A stretch of 64,000 nucleotides of DNA, taken from Picochlorum sp. SENEW3. Its lineage: Eukaryota. The position numbers and the translations under genes are program-made. The stretch is from assembly GCA_034226945.1 (NCBI GenBank), contig CP120456.1:496001-560000 (forward strand), read 5' to 3'. This document shows, one piece after another, positions 1-11,200 of the stretch. Position 1 is the stretch's first letter. Every line of letters begins with the position of its first letter. A model generated the notes under the pieces. That model ran no database searches. It had not been told where the DNA came from and saw only the letters and a program-made list of their open reading frames with translations.

Positions 1-2
1 AT

Positions 3-608
3 CTCCCAGATTCTGTGCAAGTTGAATACAGTGATGGATCTTCCACGGTGTGGCAATTTTTATTCTATCCTGGAAAGGACGCCAACGGTCAAGAGTTTGT
101 TGATTACAGTGTGGATGAGCTGATTGCATACGCCAATGCTGAGCCAGAGAATAGCCCCTATACATTATTCAACGATGCCCTCTTGCAGTTTCAGGGAGGC
201 TATATTGGAGGAGCTTCACAATACAACACAATGCTCTACGGTGATATTGGCATTCTTGTATTCCTTCGAGATTTTTACGCGACTATACTCGCTCTTGGAG
301 GACCCGAGATCCCCAGTGACATATTCGAGACTGTGACTGAGTTTGTTGATGCCACTGACAAGTACATTCCGACTGTTCCGGAACCACCCATTGGTGCAAC
401 GAATGGATTTTACGGATGGACATTTACCGTATATTCTGTCATGTCTAGAATTACGGGGTTCAAGAGCATTCCCATGGAGTACTTTGAGGTACCTCCCACA
501 CATTACATTCCTTTCTGGCCTGATTGGGCCAAGGCTGGGTTTGGAACAAACCAATACAACAGTACAGAGCTTGCACAAATATACACTCAAGTCTCAAAAG
601 GAGTATAA
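3..608 (+). CDS. 3' part of an uncharacterised protein, truncated by the window edge
   Basis: Frame is open from the window start to TAA at 606-608. Composition looks globular. No recognisable family. Confidence 0.6.
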   Translation, partial: LPDSVQVEYSDGSSTVWQFLFYPGKDANGQEFVDYSVDELIAYANAEPENSPYTLFNDALLQFQGGYIGGASQYNTMLYGDIGILVFLRDFYATILALGGPEIPSDIFETVTEFVDATDKYIPTVPEPPIGATNGFYGWTFTVYSVMSRITGFKSIPMEYFEVPPTHYIPFWPDWAKAGFGTNQYNSTELAQIYTQVSKGV

Positions 609-1015
609 TAATGCAACTAGATAAGAATGGATTGCCTTGATCAAGATGGCGATCAAAGTCTCAAGTTCGTACGCATCTGTGGTGCTGTAACCCACACTAA
701 TTAATTCTGTCTGCCTGAGCACATTCATTCCCTTTAATCAACTTGGTAATTATTCTCATATTCAGAAGAATATTCTTCACTCATGAATGACTTGGGAGCA
801 CGAAACAAATTACTACCTCTTTTGGAATATTGTAGATGGACATTGTCCAGATGTACATCCACCCACATTGATGTTACAAACTCATGGAAGTGGAGGTCCA
901 TCTGCATGTTCCAACCCGCGGAATGCCAATACAGGAGATATCAAAGGCTACCACCGCTTGTAGATTACCTCAAAAGTAGATGAAGCCGTACATGAGAAGG
1001 CAGAAACAAACATCT

Positions 1016-1128
1016 GGATGGATCCATCCGTCCGGACGGATCCGTATATATCCGGATATATCCTCGATCGAGCCTCGCGCGAGGCCCCTGTCAATTGGCA
1101 GACGCTGATCAGCGGTGGTCATGACCAC
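1016..1128. repeat. Chain of overlapping perfect palindromes upstream of the GH13-GT5 gene
   Basis: GGATGGATCCATCC (1016), ATCCGTCCGGACGGAT (1026), ACGGATCCGT (1036), ATATATCCGGATATAT (1046), GGATATATCC (1054), CTCGATCGAG (1063), GCCTCGCGCGAGGC (1072), CGCTGATCAGCG (1103), GTGGTCATGACCAC (1115). Confidence 0.95.
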
Positions 1129-1365
1129 ATCCCGTAAAATCTGTGTAACCAATGAGCCCATTCAACAGCCATGTATTCTGAATTGATATAGTACATTGTA
1201 TTTGATGCAGTAGAAATCGAAACCTAAAACAGTAGTCGTAGTCGTCGTTGAACCGAGTCCTTATTGGACGACTGTGGTGCTCCCAAGGGTCTCGAGCATA
1301 TTTCAGTAGGTATAATAAACAACAATATGCAAGATAGTATTGACCTTTCTGTAGATAAACGAAGT

Positions 1366-4300
1366 ATGAGGATGGTGGCATGGGTTGTGGTGGTGCTATC
1401 CATGGTTGAGGTTGCCACAGGGTACAGTACCAACCCTAGTGTCAACTCTTGGCGACAGGCTACGATTTACGAAATTATGACGGATCGATTCAATAATCCA
1501 TCAGGAGAGATCTCATGTGCAAATCCGAATCAGTATTGTGGCGGGACGTTCAAAGGTATACAGGACAAGATTGATTACTTGAAAAAATTGAATATGCGGT
1601 CTGTATGGATTACGCCGCAGTTTACAAATACTCCGGAAGGGTACCATGGGTACTGGCCATTGAATCTGTTTCAAGTGAATCCGAATTTCGGAATGCATCA
1701 GGATATGCAGAACTTGTTGGATAGTCTGAATTCAGGAGGCTTGTTCAGCATGCTTGATGTTGTGTTGAATCACATGGGATATGGGAGTGCATATCCTTCG
1801 TTTAATTACTATTTCAACCCATTCAATCAAGAGAGTCAATTTCATTCGTGCGATGGGTGCCTTCCTGATTGCTCTGTACCTAGTTCGGTTCCTGCAGATC
1901 CGAATAATGGGAGTCTTTCCTTTTGGCCACTCATGTGGAAATGTAGGCTGGCTCAGTTGCCTGATATCAATCATACAGCTGATGGAGTTGTTGCGGATTA
2001 TTTGAATTGGTTGGATTATATAAAAAGCGAGTTTTCTTTTGATGGTTTCCGATATGATGCTATTCCTTACATTGAACCAGAGTTTTTGACGACGTTTGCT
2101 CGGAATGGACAAGTATTTGGGCTTGGTGAGATCCTAATGCCTGGCGTTCCTGAAGGCCAATACAGATTGAGCGAGATGTACATGAAATATGGGACGACCA
2201 TGATATCTGATCGTCCAGATAATCCCGCTGGTTCGTACTCTCAGCTAGATCAGATGCAAGCATTTGCACTGAGACAGTGCTATGGAGGGGAGATTGTTAT
2301 TCCAGGGGCTGGGTGTCGTTTTTTGTCATATGTGAGAGGAAATTATTCTGCCTTGGGGTTGGATCAGAAGCTTATGGGTCGATATCTTGATTCAGCGGAT
2401 TTGCCTCGATTTTTGACGATTTATAATAATACAGTCAACCTGCAAAGTGCATTGGCGGTGTTGTTTCTCGGTGAGGGGATTCCAATCATTTGGCAAGGGA
2501 CAGAGCAAGGGATGGGGGCTGAGCCAAGTGAGTATGAAAATGGTAGAGATCCCATGTGGATCGTGAGTGATTTTGGAACTGGTGGGGAGTTGTTCGTGTA
2601 TATCAGAATGCTGAACTATTACCGGAACAGCTTGAATCTGTTTGATGAAGATTTGAAGGAATTGTGGGTGGATGAAACTACATATGGGTTCATGATGGGC
2701 CCGGTGTTTGCAATCTTGCCTAATGGAAATGCAACCGTGGAGAATTATGAAATCAGTGGCCTTACAATGAATAAAGAGTATTGCCAGCTTGCTGTGGTAC
2801 CTGATGCAGACACAATGTGTTTGACCACTGATGATCAAGGCCGTGCTACCATTCGTGGTTATTCGTACGGAGAGCCGCAGTTGCCATTGATTTTTGTGTA
2901 CTCAGAGCATGCAAAGCGTTACCAGGTCTTTCTTCCGTACGAGTACTGGTCGATTTTGTGGGTAGAGGGTTTGCTTGTTTCGTTATTGCTGCTTCCGGTT
3001 GCATGGGTAATTGGCCGCTTGTTTGTCCGGTATTATCCGCACAGAGGGAAACTTTGGTGGGAATTAAGGACCGAGACTTTTTTGAAGCATCTGAATATTT
3101 TCAAGTCAAAGGTATACAAGAATATGATTAGTGTTCAGGGCATGGTTGAAATGTTTGATCCGAGTGTGGAGCAGATGTCTGCAAAGCAGCAGAGTGCAGA
3201 ATTGGACAAGAATGCAACGCTTTCAAAATCTACAACTCAAGAAATTATTCACAGTAAACTAGAGCAGCATCAGGAGCCGGGATTTTTAGCATCGCTCAAT
3301 CGCCTGGGTGGGTCTAAATTGATTGCAAAGTATTCAAAGGCCTTCCTGCATGATCCAACTTTGGTCTGGCATCTTGCTCTAGAATATAGCATACCTCATC
3401 TTGGATTGCACAATAATCTAAAATTTGGAGGCTTGGGACAGGTTGTGGGTATGTTTGCAGAGTTTACAACAAAGCCACTGGTTGTCTGTGCACCAATGTA
3501 TTCTCCTTTTTATGATGAGGATGGAAATCTGAAACACGATGTCCTGGGTGCACCTGGAGAATTTGTTACAAGGTTACCCATTAGAATGGAGGGTGGTGAG
3601 GATGCTGCTGTTAATGTGTACATAGCAGCGCCTGATGTGGACGAGCCTACTGTTTTCTACATCCTCCTAGACTGTTACGAAATCTTTGGTTGGAGAACAA
3701 AAGGGGAGATTTATACATTTGGCTCAGAGGCAGATCAATTACGATATTTTGCTGTATATGGTCAATGTCTTGCAGCTTTGATTGGTATGTTCGATGTCAG
3801 ATGTGTGCAGTTGCATGATAATCATGCTGGAATATTTTTGGAGTACATCAAGCCATCTCTCAGACCTACTGCCCTCATAACGCTCCATAATGCTGACTAT
3901 AATACAAAGTTTCCTCTAGGAACCAAGGAGAGAAATAAGTACGTGTATTCGTGCCTTGGTTTGAGTAGCATGGACCAGACAACACGAGATGAATGTGAGC
4001 ATCTTGGGAACTTTGATTTTCTCTACTTGCTTGTCAAACATGTCACACAATACCAGGGAGGCCATGGATTTGTAGCCGTGTCGCCGAGATATGCAGAGCG
4101 TTGCTACATCAAGTTTTCGAGATTTTGGCCAATACACTCGGAAAAAATGATTGGAGTACTCAATGGCTTCAAGGATGGAGATAGAGTCTTTCAGAAACCT
4201 GACAACATGGATTCATTGTTTGACGCCAAGAAATTTGCAAAAGAAAACCTTCAAAAAAGACTCGATCTGGAAGTGGATGATGATAAGAAGGTTATGGCAT

Positions 4301-6216
4301 TTTTTGGACGCGTGACATATCAAAAAGGCTGCGATCTTGTTGCAAAAGCCACGCCACAGATTTTGAAAATGCACTCCAATGCTCAAATCATCATAGCAGG
4401 TCCTATAGGTGATTCAAATGGAGTGCAAACAGAAGATATGATGGCAAAATTGGAGACTGAATTTCCGGGTAGAGTAGCCAACCTTGTTGGTCAGTATGTT
4501 TCAGGAAAAGAGAAGGAGGAACTCATCCTTGCAACTGACTTTTTCTTCTGTCCATCGCGCTTTGAACCATGTGGACTTGCAGACATAGAGATGGGCCATG
4601 CCGGAGCAATTCAGATAGGCCATAATACAGGAGGTTTGAATAAGATGCCAGGATTCTATTTTGAGGCAGAACTGGACAGTGACCAGACTCTGGTTCATCA
4701 GCTTGAACAAGCTTGTCTTGAGGCACTATCACAGCCTAACCAAGTGCTTCGAGATTTAGCTGAGAAGGCTATCAACAAATCCTTCCCTCCTGAAATCATG
4801 GTCACAGCGTATGATGAAGAATGGAAGAAATTGAACACGAGTCGCAAAGTTTCTAATGCAGTCTTCAAGAGATCCCTCAGCTTTGATTATGAGCAGAACA
4901 CGGATGAGATGAAATTTTATGGTGAATGGTGGTCTTTGGAGAATTCAACTGCAGTTGAGAATGCTCCAGAGCCATCATGGAATGTTGTCAGGGCATTTTG
5001 GGCAAACATTCTTCTCATAATTTGCCAGTCTCTTTACAGGTTTCCTTCTCTATTGTGCTTGATCTGGATCCAGTTTGCCGTACCTGCTGGCCAATCAACG
5101 CTTTTGATCACCAATGACCGTAACGAAATGCCAGTGTTTGTTGATTTGTTCTTAATACAATTGGGCATCACGTTTTTCGCTGCGCCAATATGGCAAATGA
5201 TTGCCAGTTGCATGAGTCCCAGGCGGTACATTATTCTTGCCTCTTGGCTAAATATTCTTTCCTGGTATTGCTCACTTTGGTCATTTTGGGCACCAGCAGC
5301 CATGAATGTTTTGTTCATCATCTCTTCAGTCCTTGGCACTAGCCCAGTACCGTTCATAGGCTTTATCAATTTGGATGTGGAGAGCAAGGTTTCGATAGCC
5401 TCCCAGGGGGTCAAGCTGATGGCTCTTTCCGATTGCTTCTGGTATTTAATGCTTGTTGTGGTATATTCTCGACAGGCCGCCGGGGTATATCTTCACAGAA
5501 GTACACTAATTATAATTGGATGCATACTTTTAGTCGCATCCGTGTGGCTGACTGAGTTTTTTAGGCATCCCAGGACTCTGCCACCTCATTTTTCTTTCAA
5601 GAGGCTCCGCTATTTTGGGCAATTCACTGTACTCCTAAAGCAAAGAAAGACATGGTTGTATTTCTCACTACTAACATTTTTTGATTCATACATATTCACA
5701 GTATTGCTAGGATCTATCTTGGAATACTTGGGAGACAACACTGATTATGTCAGAGGAGCGTATATGGGTTTAGTTGGCACAACAGCTTTGTATTCTGTTG
5801 TAGCCGCGATCCTGATTTCGTCTCGCTTTGGAGGTACATTGAGCATCAAACTGTACTACATTATCCTGATAGGTCCCTGTATGGGTCTCATGCAGGCAGC
5901 TCTCATTGTGTATTGCCCAGATTGGGCAGCCATTGTGGCAGCAACTGTCATTAATGTTCTCTCGGTGCGTTATTCCATTAAAGGACTCCTCAGTTTGCAC
6001 ACGATGCCCTCGAGAGAAATATTTTTATCTGTCACGACCTTGCAAGTGATGGTGGGCTCGATAGCTGTAACAGTGGGGGCTATTACAAATTGGAAGCTAC
6101 AGTATAACGAACAATGGCTATGGATGACAGTGATAGCGATTGCTGAGGGTTTGAGGCTGTTGACGTGTATTCCTTTCATACGGTGTCACGCCAAGGAGAA
6201 CCTGGCGAGACCATAG
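1366..6216 (+). CDS. Alpha-1,3-glucan synthase-like protein (signal peptide, GH13 domain, TM, GT5 domain, multi-pass TM region)
   Basis: Signal peptide MRMVAWVVVVLSMVEVATG. GH13 motifs IYEIMTDRF, GYHGYW, DVVLNH, DGFRYD. TM segment WSILWVEGLLVSLLLLPVAWVIG. GT5 motifs KFGGLGQV, HNA, GRVTYQKG, PSRFEPCGL, GGLNKMPG. About 400 aa hydrophobic C-terminus. Intronless. ATG 1366 preferred; ATG 1327 is also in frame. Confidence 0.85.
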   Translation: MRMVAWVVVVLSMVEVATGYSTNPSVNSWRQATIYEIMTDRFNNPSGEISCANPNQYCGGTFKGIQDKIDYLKKLNMRSVWITPQFTNTPEGYHGYWPLNLFQVNPNFGMHQDMQNLLDSLNSGGLFSMLDVVLNHMGYGSAYPSFNYYFNPFNQESQFHSCDGCLPDCSVPSSVPADPNNGSLSFWPLMWKCRLAQLPDINHTADGVVADYLNWLDYIKSEFSFDGFRYDAIPYIEPEFLTTFARNGQVFGLGEILMPGVPEGQYRLSEMYMKYGTTMISDRPDNPAGSYSQLDQMQAFALRQCYGGEIVIPGAGCRFLSYVRGNYSALGLDQKLMGRYLDSADLPRFLTIYNNTVNLQSALAVLFLGEGIPIIWQGTEQGMGAEPSEYENGRDPMWIVSDFGTGGELFVYIRMLNYYRNSLNLFDEDLKELWVDETTYGFMMGPVFAILPNGNATVENYEISGLTMNKEYCQLAVVPDADTMCLTTDDQGRATIRGYSYGEPQLPLIFVYSEHAKRYQVFLPYEYWSILWVEGLLVSLLLLPVAWVIGRLFVRYYPHRGKLWWELRTETFLKHLNIFKSKVYKNMISVQGMVEMFDPSVEQMSAKQQSAELDKNATLSKSTTQEIIHSKLEQHQEPGFLASLNRLGGSKLIAKYSKAFLHDPTLVWHLALEYSIPHLGLHNNLKFGGLGQVVGMFAEFTTKPLVVCAPMYSPFYDEDGNLKHDVLGAPGEFVTRLPIRMEGGEDAAVNVYIAAPDVDEPTVFYILLDCYEIFGWRTKGEIYTFGSEADQLRYFAVYGQCLAALIGMFDVRCVQLHDNHAGIFLEYIKPSLRPTALITLHNADYNTKFPLGTKERNKYVYSCLGLSSMDQTTRDECEHLGNFDFLYLLVKHVTQYQGGHGFVAVSPRYAERCYIKFSRFWPIHSEKMIGVLNGFKDGDRVFQKPDNMDSLFDAKKFAKENLQKRLDLEVDDDKKVMAFFGRVTYQKGCDLVAKATPQILKMHSNAQIIIAGPIGDSNGVQTEDMMAKLETEFPGRVANLVGQYVSGKEKEELILATDFFFCPSRFEPCGLADIEMGHAGAIQIGHNTGGLNKMPGFYFEAELDSDQTLVHQLEQACLEALSQPNQVLRDLAEKAINKSFPPEIMVTAYDEEWKKLNTSRKVSNAVFKRSLSFDYEQNTDEMKFYGEWWSLENSTAVENAPEPSWNVVRAFWANILLIICQSLYRFPSLLCLIWIQFAVPAGQSTLLITNDRNEMPVFVDLFLIQLGITFFAAPIWQMIASCMSPRRYIILASWLNILSWYCSLWSFWAPAAMNVLFIISSVLGTSPVPFIGFINLDVESKVSIASQGVKLMALSDCFWYLMLVVVYSRQAAGVYLHRSTLIIIGCILLVASVWLTEFFRHPRTLPPHFSFKRLRYFGQFTVLLKQRKTWLYFSLLTFFDSYIFTVLLGSILEYLGDNTDYVRGAYMGLVGTTALYSVVAAILISSRFGGTLSIKLYYIILIGPCMGLMQAALIVYCPDWAAIVAATVINVLSVRYSIKGLLSLHTMPSREIFLSVTTLQVMVGSIAVTVGAITNWKLQYNEQWLWMTVIAIAEGLRLLTCIPFIRCHAKENLARP

Positions 6217-6294
6217 TCTGATTTCTACTACATATTGCTATTACATATTTCATGTCTACAACGAACAAATAAAAGAGCAAAGAGTTCTATGGTA

Positions 6295-7716
6295 CTATTC
6301 ATGGGCTGAAGAAATCTTCCACCCTGGGGAACCCCCTGGACCAAGGCATAATCTGTATTTTGCCTCCTCGGGTGACCATGCAATTTTTGCTTTTAATGCC
6401 AATGACGACTCTTGCTTCTTGGGAATATCCTTAGCAGACTTTTGGGCCAGTGGTACCAAAGACCCAATGATTTCTCTCAATTCCCTGACTTGCTCCTCAA
6501 GCGCATCTGCTCTCCGTTCTGCACGCTGAGCATCCTGCATATAGGCAGTCAGAAGCGCGACAAAATTGCCTTGATCACCAGCAATATTTTCTTTACCGTC
6601 GCTCTCATCCACATCAATTGGGAAAGAAGAAATGCAGGAAGTTGACCTTTGCTGTCTGATCCTATCTCCAATGGACATCCTCTCAGGCTCCTGCTGAGCA
6701 CGTTTGGCAGCCTTTGTTATACGATCAGACATCTCGGCTTGCTCATCGTACATAAGACCCATGGCTTTATGGAGAGAACGGTATCCATCACTCAGAGTAT
6801 GAACTGCAGCTTTCACTCGAGCATCAGATGATCGTGCTGCCACAGTAGCAGGCGAGGAGGATCCAGAAACATATGGAGTGCCATATCGCATCTCCTTTCG
6901 AAGCTCAGCCACTTCTTCACGGGCAATCTGAGCAGTTTTCAATGCATCATCTGCCTTCTCCTCGGCAACAATTGATGCAGCCTTGGCAGACTCTTTCAAA
7001 TCCTCAACTCTCTGGGATATTTGCTCAATCTTCTTTCTCGAATCCTCTGTATATCTTTCAATTCCAACATCAAGATCATCCATTCTCAATCGCAACGATT
7101 CAACTGTTTCACACTCTTCAAAATCCTCAAGTGACTGCTCCACCACCTCAAGAGCCAAGTTGATCAATTCAATCTTGGAGGACAGATCTTCTACATTCTC
7201 CTGTACAGCATCGACTGTCCCGACAACCCTATCCATATCATGTTCAACTTTCTCAACATGTTGTAGGGCTGCGTCAGCCTTCACCTCCACATCCTGTACA
7301 AGAGACACAGTTGATTCGAATGTTTCATGATCAACCAAGTGCCTTTCGACCTCTCTCAAACGCTCGTCAAACAATCCAAGCTGGCCCCGAACATCCTCTT
7401 TTGCTTTAACTTCTTCAAGCTCACACATACATGATTCCAACTGACCAGACAGCTCCTCAATCACGTTCTTGCCCCCTTGTGGACCAAGCTGCACTTTGAG
7501 TTCCTCAATGTCTTCATCCAACGTCTGCAACATGTTCGCCGTCTCTTTGGACGCAGCATCCATGTGATGACGCCATGTCACCAAGCCAGTCGTAGAATCC
7601 TTGAGTAGACTGATTTCGGTGGATGTTAGCGCAGCCTGAGCTTCCAATGACGACAGGCGAGGCAGAATATTAGGGTCCTCAGTCGAATCCCGCCCAAGGC
7701 GCTCGTCATAATTCAT
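6295..7716 (-). CDS. Uncharacterised coiled-coil protein
   Basis: Long ORF rich in E/L/D/K heptads. Start chosen at ATG 7716 (MNYDERL); the ORF is open to 7998. Confidence 0.7.
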   Translation of the reverse strand: MNYDERLGRDSTEDPNILPRLSSLEAQAALTSTEISLLKDSTTGLVTWRHHMDAASKETANMLQTLDEDIEELKVQLGPQGGKNVIEELSGQLESCMCELEEVKAKEDVRGQLGLFDERLREVERHLVDHETFESTVSLVQDVEVKADAALQHVEKVEHDMDRVVGTVDAVQENVEDLSSKIELINLALEVVEQSLEDFEECETVESLRLRMDDLDVGIERYTEDSRKKIEQISQRVEDLKESAKAASIVAEEKADDALKTAQIAREEVAELRKEMRYGTPYVSGSSSPATVAARSSDARVKAAVHTLSDGYRSLHKAMGLMYDEQAEMSDRITKAAKRAQQEPERMSIGDRIRQQRSTSCISSFPIDVDESDGKENIAGDQGNFVALLTAYMQDAQRAERRADALEEQVRELREIIGSLVPLAQKSAKDIPKKQESSLALKAKIAWSPEEAKYRLCLGPGGSPGWKISSAHE

Positions 7717-8223
7717 TGGACTTGGAGGTGAGTTGATTTGTGGGCTCAAAATATTGTTATACACCCGCACTGCGAGGAATCGAATTTCAAAATCGGTCAG
7801 GTCACGAATCCCAATAAAGCCAGGTCTGAGTACCCAGCGCCCTGAAATTGAACATTTTCGTGATAATAAAACGTACCGGTATCTTGTTTTGCCTTTGGGT
7901 TCGAAGGCATTGTTGTTTGAAATGAGCAGCCTCCGAGGCAATCTGGAGAAGGTTGCTTGGACTCCGTTTTGGGGTGTGTTTCTGGTCAAAATATACACTT
8001 TTTATTGAATATGTATATTTCCATACCATTTGGGAGAGTTATATGCTTTATTTAGACTTTGATGAAACCCGGGTGGCAAAGATTCCACGGAATGAGGCGC
8101 CTTCAAGGAATGCCCTTGAATTTCAAATGCAAGGAGCCAATGGCGCAGTTGGCTGCTTCAACAATAGGTTTGCAATCTCATCAGGGACATGTGCACCCTT
8201 TATTCATCTATATGTGTCAGCTA

Positions 8224-11200
8224 TCATGGTGGTGGTAATGGTACAGTTGCGTATGGAGATGGAGATGCTAAGGATGGAGTATTGGAAGGGCATGTTCCCC
8301 ATTGTGGTTGGATGCACGTATCATTCTCAAACGCTGCCCCAAGGTCAAATCTCTCAGGCTTGCTCGCTATCTTTGTCACGCACCAGTTTGAGATGTCTTG
8401 ATTGAATAGAGTGGCGTCGTCAAACATGGAGTCCATGCTCGTCACAAGTCCAGTATCCCACTTTGAGCCAGATCTGGCTAATGGCTGGTTCCCATTGTTG
8501 AACTGAAAAGCGCTGAAAAACATTCGATCCATCGTCGTTACTGAAGACGTGTCCCAAGAACTTATGTCCTGATCAAATGAGGTGGCGTAGCCAAACATCA
8601 ACCCCATATCAGTCACTGCAGATGTGTCCCATACCCCAATCGGCTGATTGAAGGCAAACGCTGCTGCAAACATCCCGGAGGTATCATTGACTGATGACAT
8701 GACCCAGCTGGAAATATCCTGATTGAAGGAGTCGGCAAAAAAAAACATGCCTGACATGCTTTTCACATTTGCTGTGTTCCAAGAGCTTAGATCGCCATTG
8801 AAAGCACTTGGTGGACTAAATGTACCAGAGAACATTCCCGCCATCGAAGTCACTTGCAATGTATCCCATCCATTCAGGTCCTGATTGAACGCAAGAGCTC
8901 TGCTGAACATGCTTGACATATCCTTCACTGATCCAGTTTGCCATGAACTGATGTCTCTGTTGAATACAAGAGCCTCTTGAAACATGCCACTCATGTCTTC
9001 AACTGCAGCTGTGTTCCATGTATTGATAGGTTGATCAAAGGCTTCTGCTTCTTTAAGCATTTTTTTCATTGACGTTACTTTGCTTGTATCCCATACGGGT
9101 CCAGATGTGGCCAGAGGTTTGTTGAAGACAGAAGCCCCTTCAAGCATGCTACCCATATCAGTGACTTTGCTTGTATCGAATCTGATTTCCTGATTGAAAG
9201 CTTTTGCATTGTTGAACATGTACTTCATATTTGTCACAGAACCAGTATTCCATCCAGATGTGGATGTTGCAAGCGGCTGGCCACCATTATTGAACACTGC
9301 TGCTTCTCCAAACATTTCACGCATTGATATTACTGAACTTGTATCCCATGACCCGATGTCCTGGTCGAACGATTCTGCTCCGAAGAACATGCCGGCCATG
9401 TTTTGTACTTGACTGGTGTTCCAGTTTCCAACCGGCACATTGAAGGCAGATGCAACACCAAACATGTCAAACATGGTTGTTACAGAGGATGTGTCCCAAC
9501 TTGATCCAACTGTTTCCATGGGTTGTCCACCATTATTAAACGCATACGCTTCGTAGAACATGGTGTTCATGTTTTGTACCGATGCTGTATTCCACTTGCT
9601 GATGTCCTGGTTAAAAGAAGCTGCCCCTACAAACATCTCCTCCATGGTTGTCACAGAAGCAGTATTCCATTCACCGATGGGTTGGTTGAAATCACTGACA
9701 AACTGAGGCGCATCTCCCAAGTATCCTTGAAACATTCCCTTCATTGTTGTGACCGATCCTGTGTCCCATGTAGCAATATTTTCATTGAAGGTCTCGAGAT
9801 CAGCAAAGAGATTAGACATGTCAGTTATTCCAGATGTGCAAGTTGTTGGTAGTTGACTCCACGTTGTAGAATCTGCTACCAAAGCTCTCAGTTGACTTTC
9901 GGATCGTTTTGTGTACAAGATCCCACCGACCCAACCAGAAGAACCGATGGGTGCTCGAGGGCAGAGGACAGTCACTTGGTTGGGACCTAGATAGAAAACT
10001 GGTGCAGGAACTGGAACTGGAATTGGCTGAGGAGATGGCTGAGGAGAAGGAAGTGGAGATATTTGTGGCAGTGGCTGGGGAGAAGGCTGAGGAGAAGGTT
10101 CAGGCTCTGGGGCAGGCTCTGGGGCATCTGGTACAGGTATTGGTTTGGAAGTCTCGAGCACGTCCTCCACCAAAACATTCTCTCCAAGAACCTGTGACGT
10201 TGACTCTCCTGGTCCCGTGAGAAAGTCTGTCAACGTATTTGCCGCCAAATTCGCACTGTCAAGTTGATTAGTGTCATCAACAGCAAAAACTACTTGCAAA
10301 AAAGCTCTAATTGTAGGATTGACTCCTCCCTGCCTGTTGACGACAGGAATTACCCTGGCAACTGTACAAGACGTCAGAGAAGGATCATATCCTGAAATCA
10401 TCACCAGGTCCTTACAAAGCTGCTCCCTCTTTTCCTGGCCAAACGACTGAACTGTTTCATTGGCAATACCAAGCCTGACCTCCACCTCAGGGACCTCCAC
10501 CAGAGTTGAATTCGGAGGAACCAAGTCGTATCGTCTCAAAAACTTCCATCTAGTCGCCGTATTGATAGTGGGAAAGTATCCACCTTCGCCCTCCACCAGC
10601 ACAGGTTGACTCTGACAGTTTTTCACTGCCAAAACATGACGACAGATTTCTGGTTTGTTTGCTGCAGTCACCTCAAAAGTAGAAGTACTGCTGTCGCCTC
10701 CATCCTTGACCTTCCACATTTGGGGACTATCCACACCAGCAACCTGTGAGGAGTTCAGAAACAAATCACCAGCATATGATGAAACAAGACACGTGCCCTT
10801 GTATGACGGGTTCTCATAAAAGTTGCTGATAAACCCAAGACAACGCGTGTATTCTGCATAGTCGGGAGGAATAAAAGCTTGCAATGAAATTCTCTTCTCA
10901 TTGTCACCGTCCTCCACCCTCAACAACCATTCACGCCACATCATGGAAGCACTCTGACCTGTCCTCATCACTGGACCAGCAGTTTTTGCCATTGATACCG
11001 CCTCCGAGCAACTTCGATTGTTAAACCCCAGAAACTCTGCGGCATAATGATATACCAATCTTTCAGTGATACAGAAACAACAACCATTGCCACCAATGCA
11101 CGCAGGACGCACCTCGACCAAGGTCACATTCGGGCCTGACCGAGGCCAACTCAATCGAGTACACTCCGTCACGGACATCTCGTAACGAGTCCACCCGGCT

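Noticed and set aside
1016..1128. Palindrome chain as a cloning-vector polylinker contaminant
   Set aside because: The palindromes are 10-16 bp and interlocking rather than a series of unique 6-bp sites. Similar tracts recur at several native intergenic positions.
8400..9800. Regularly spaced repeats as a CRISPR array
   Set aside because: They are degenerate, in-frame coding repeats of the DUF285 protein, with no identical repeat/spacer structure and no cas genes.
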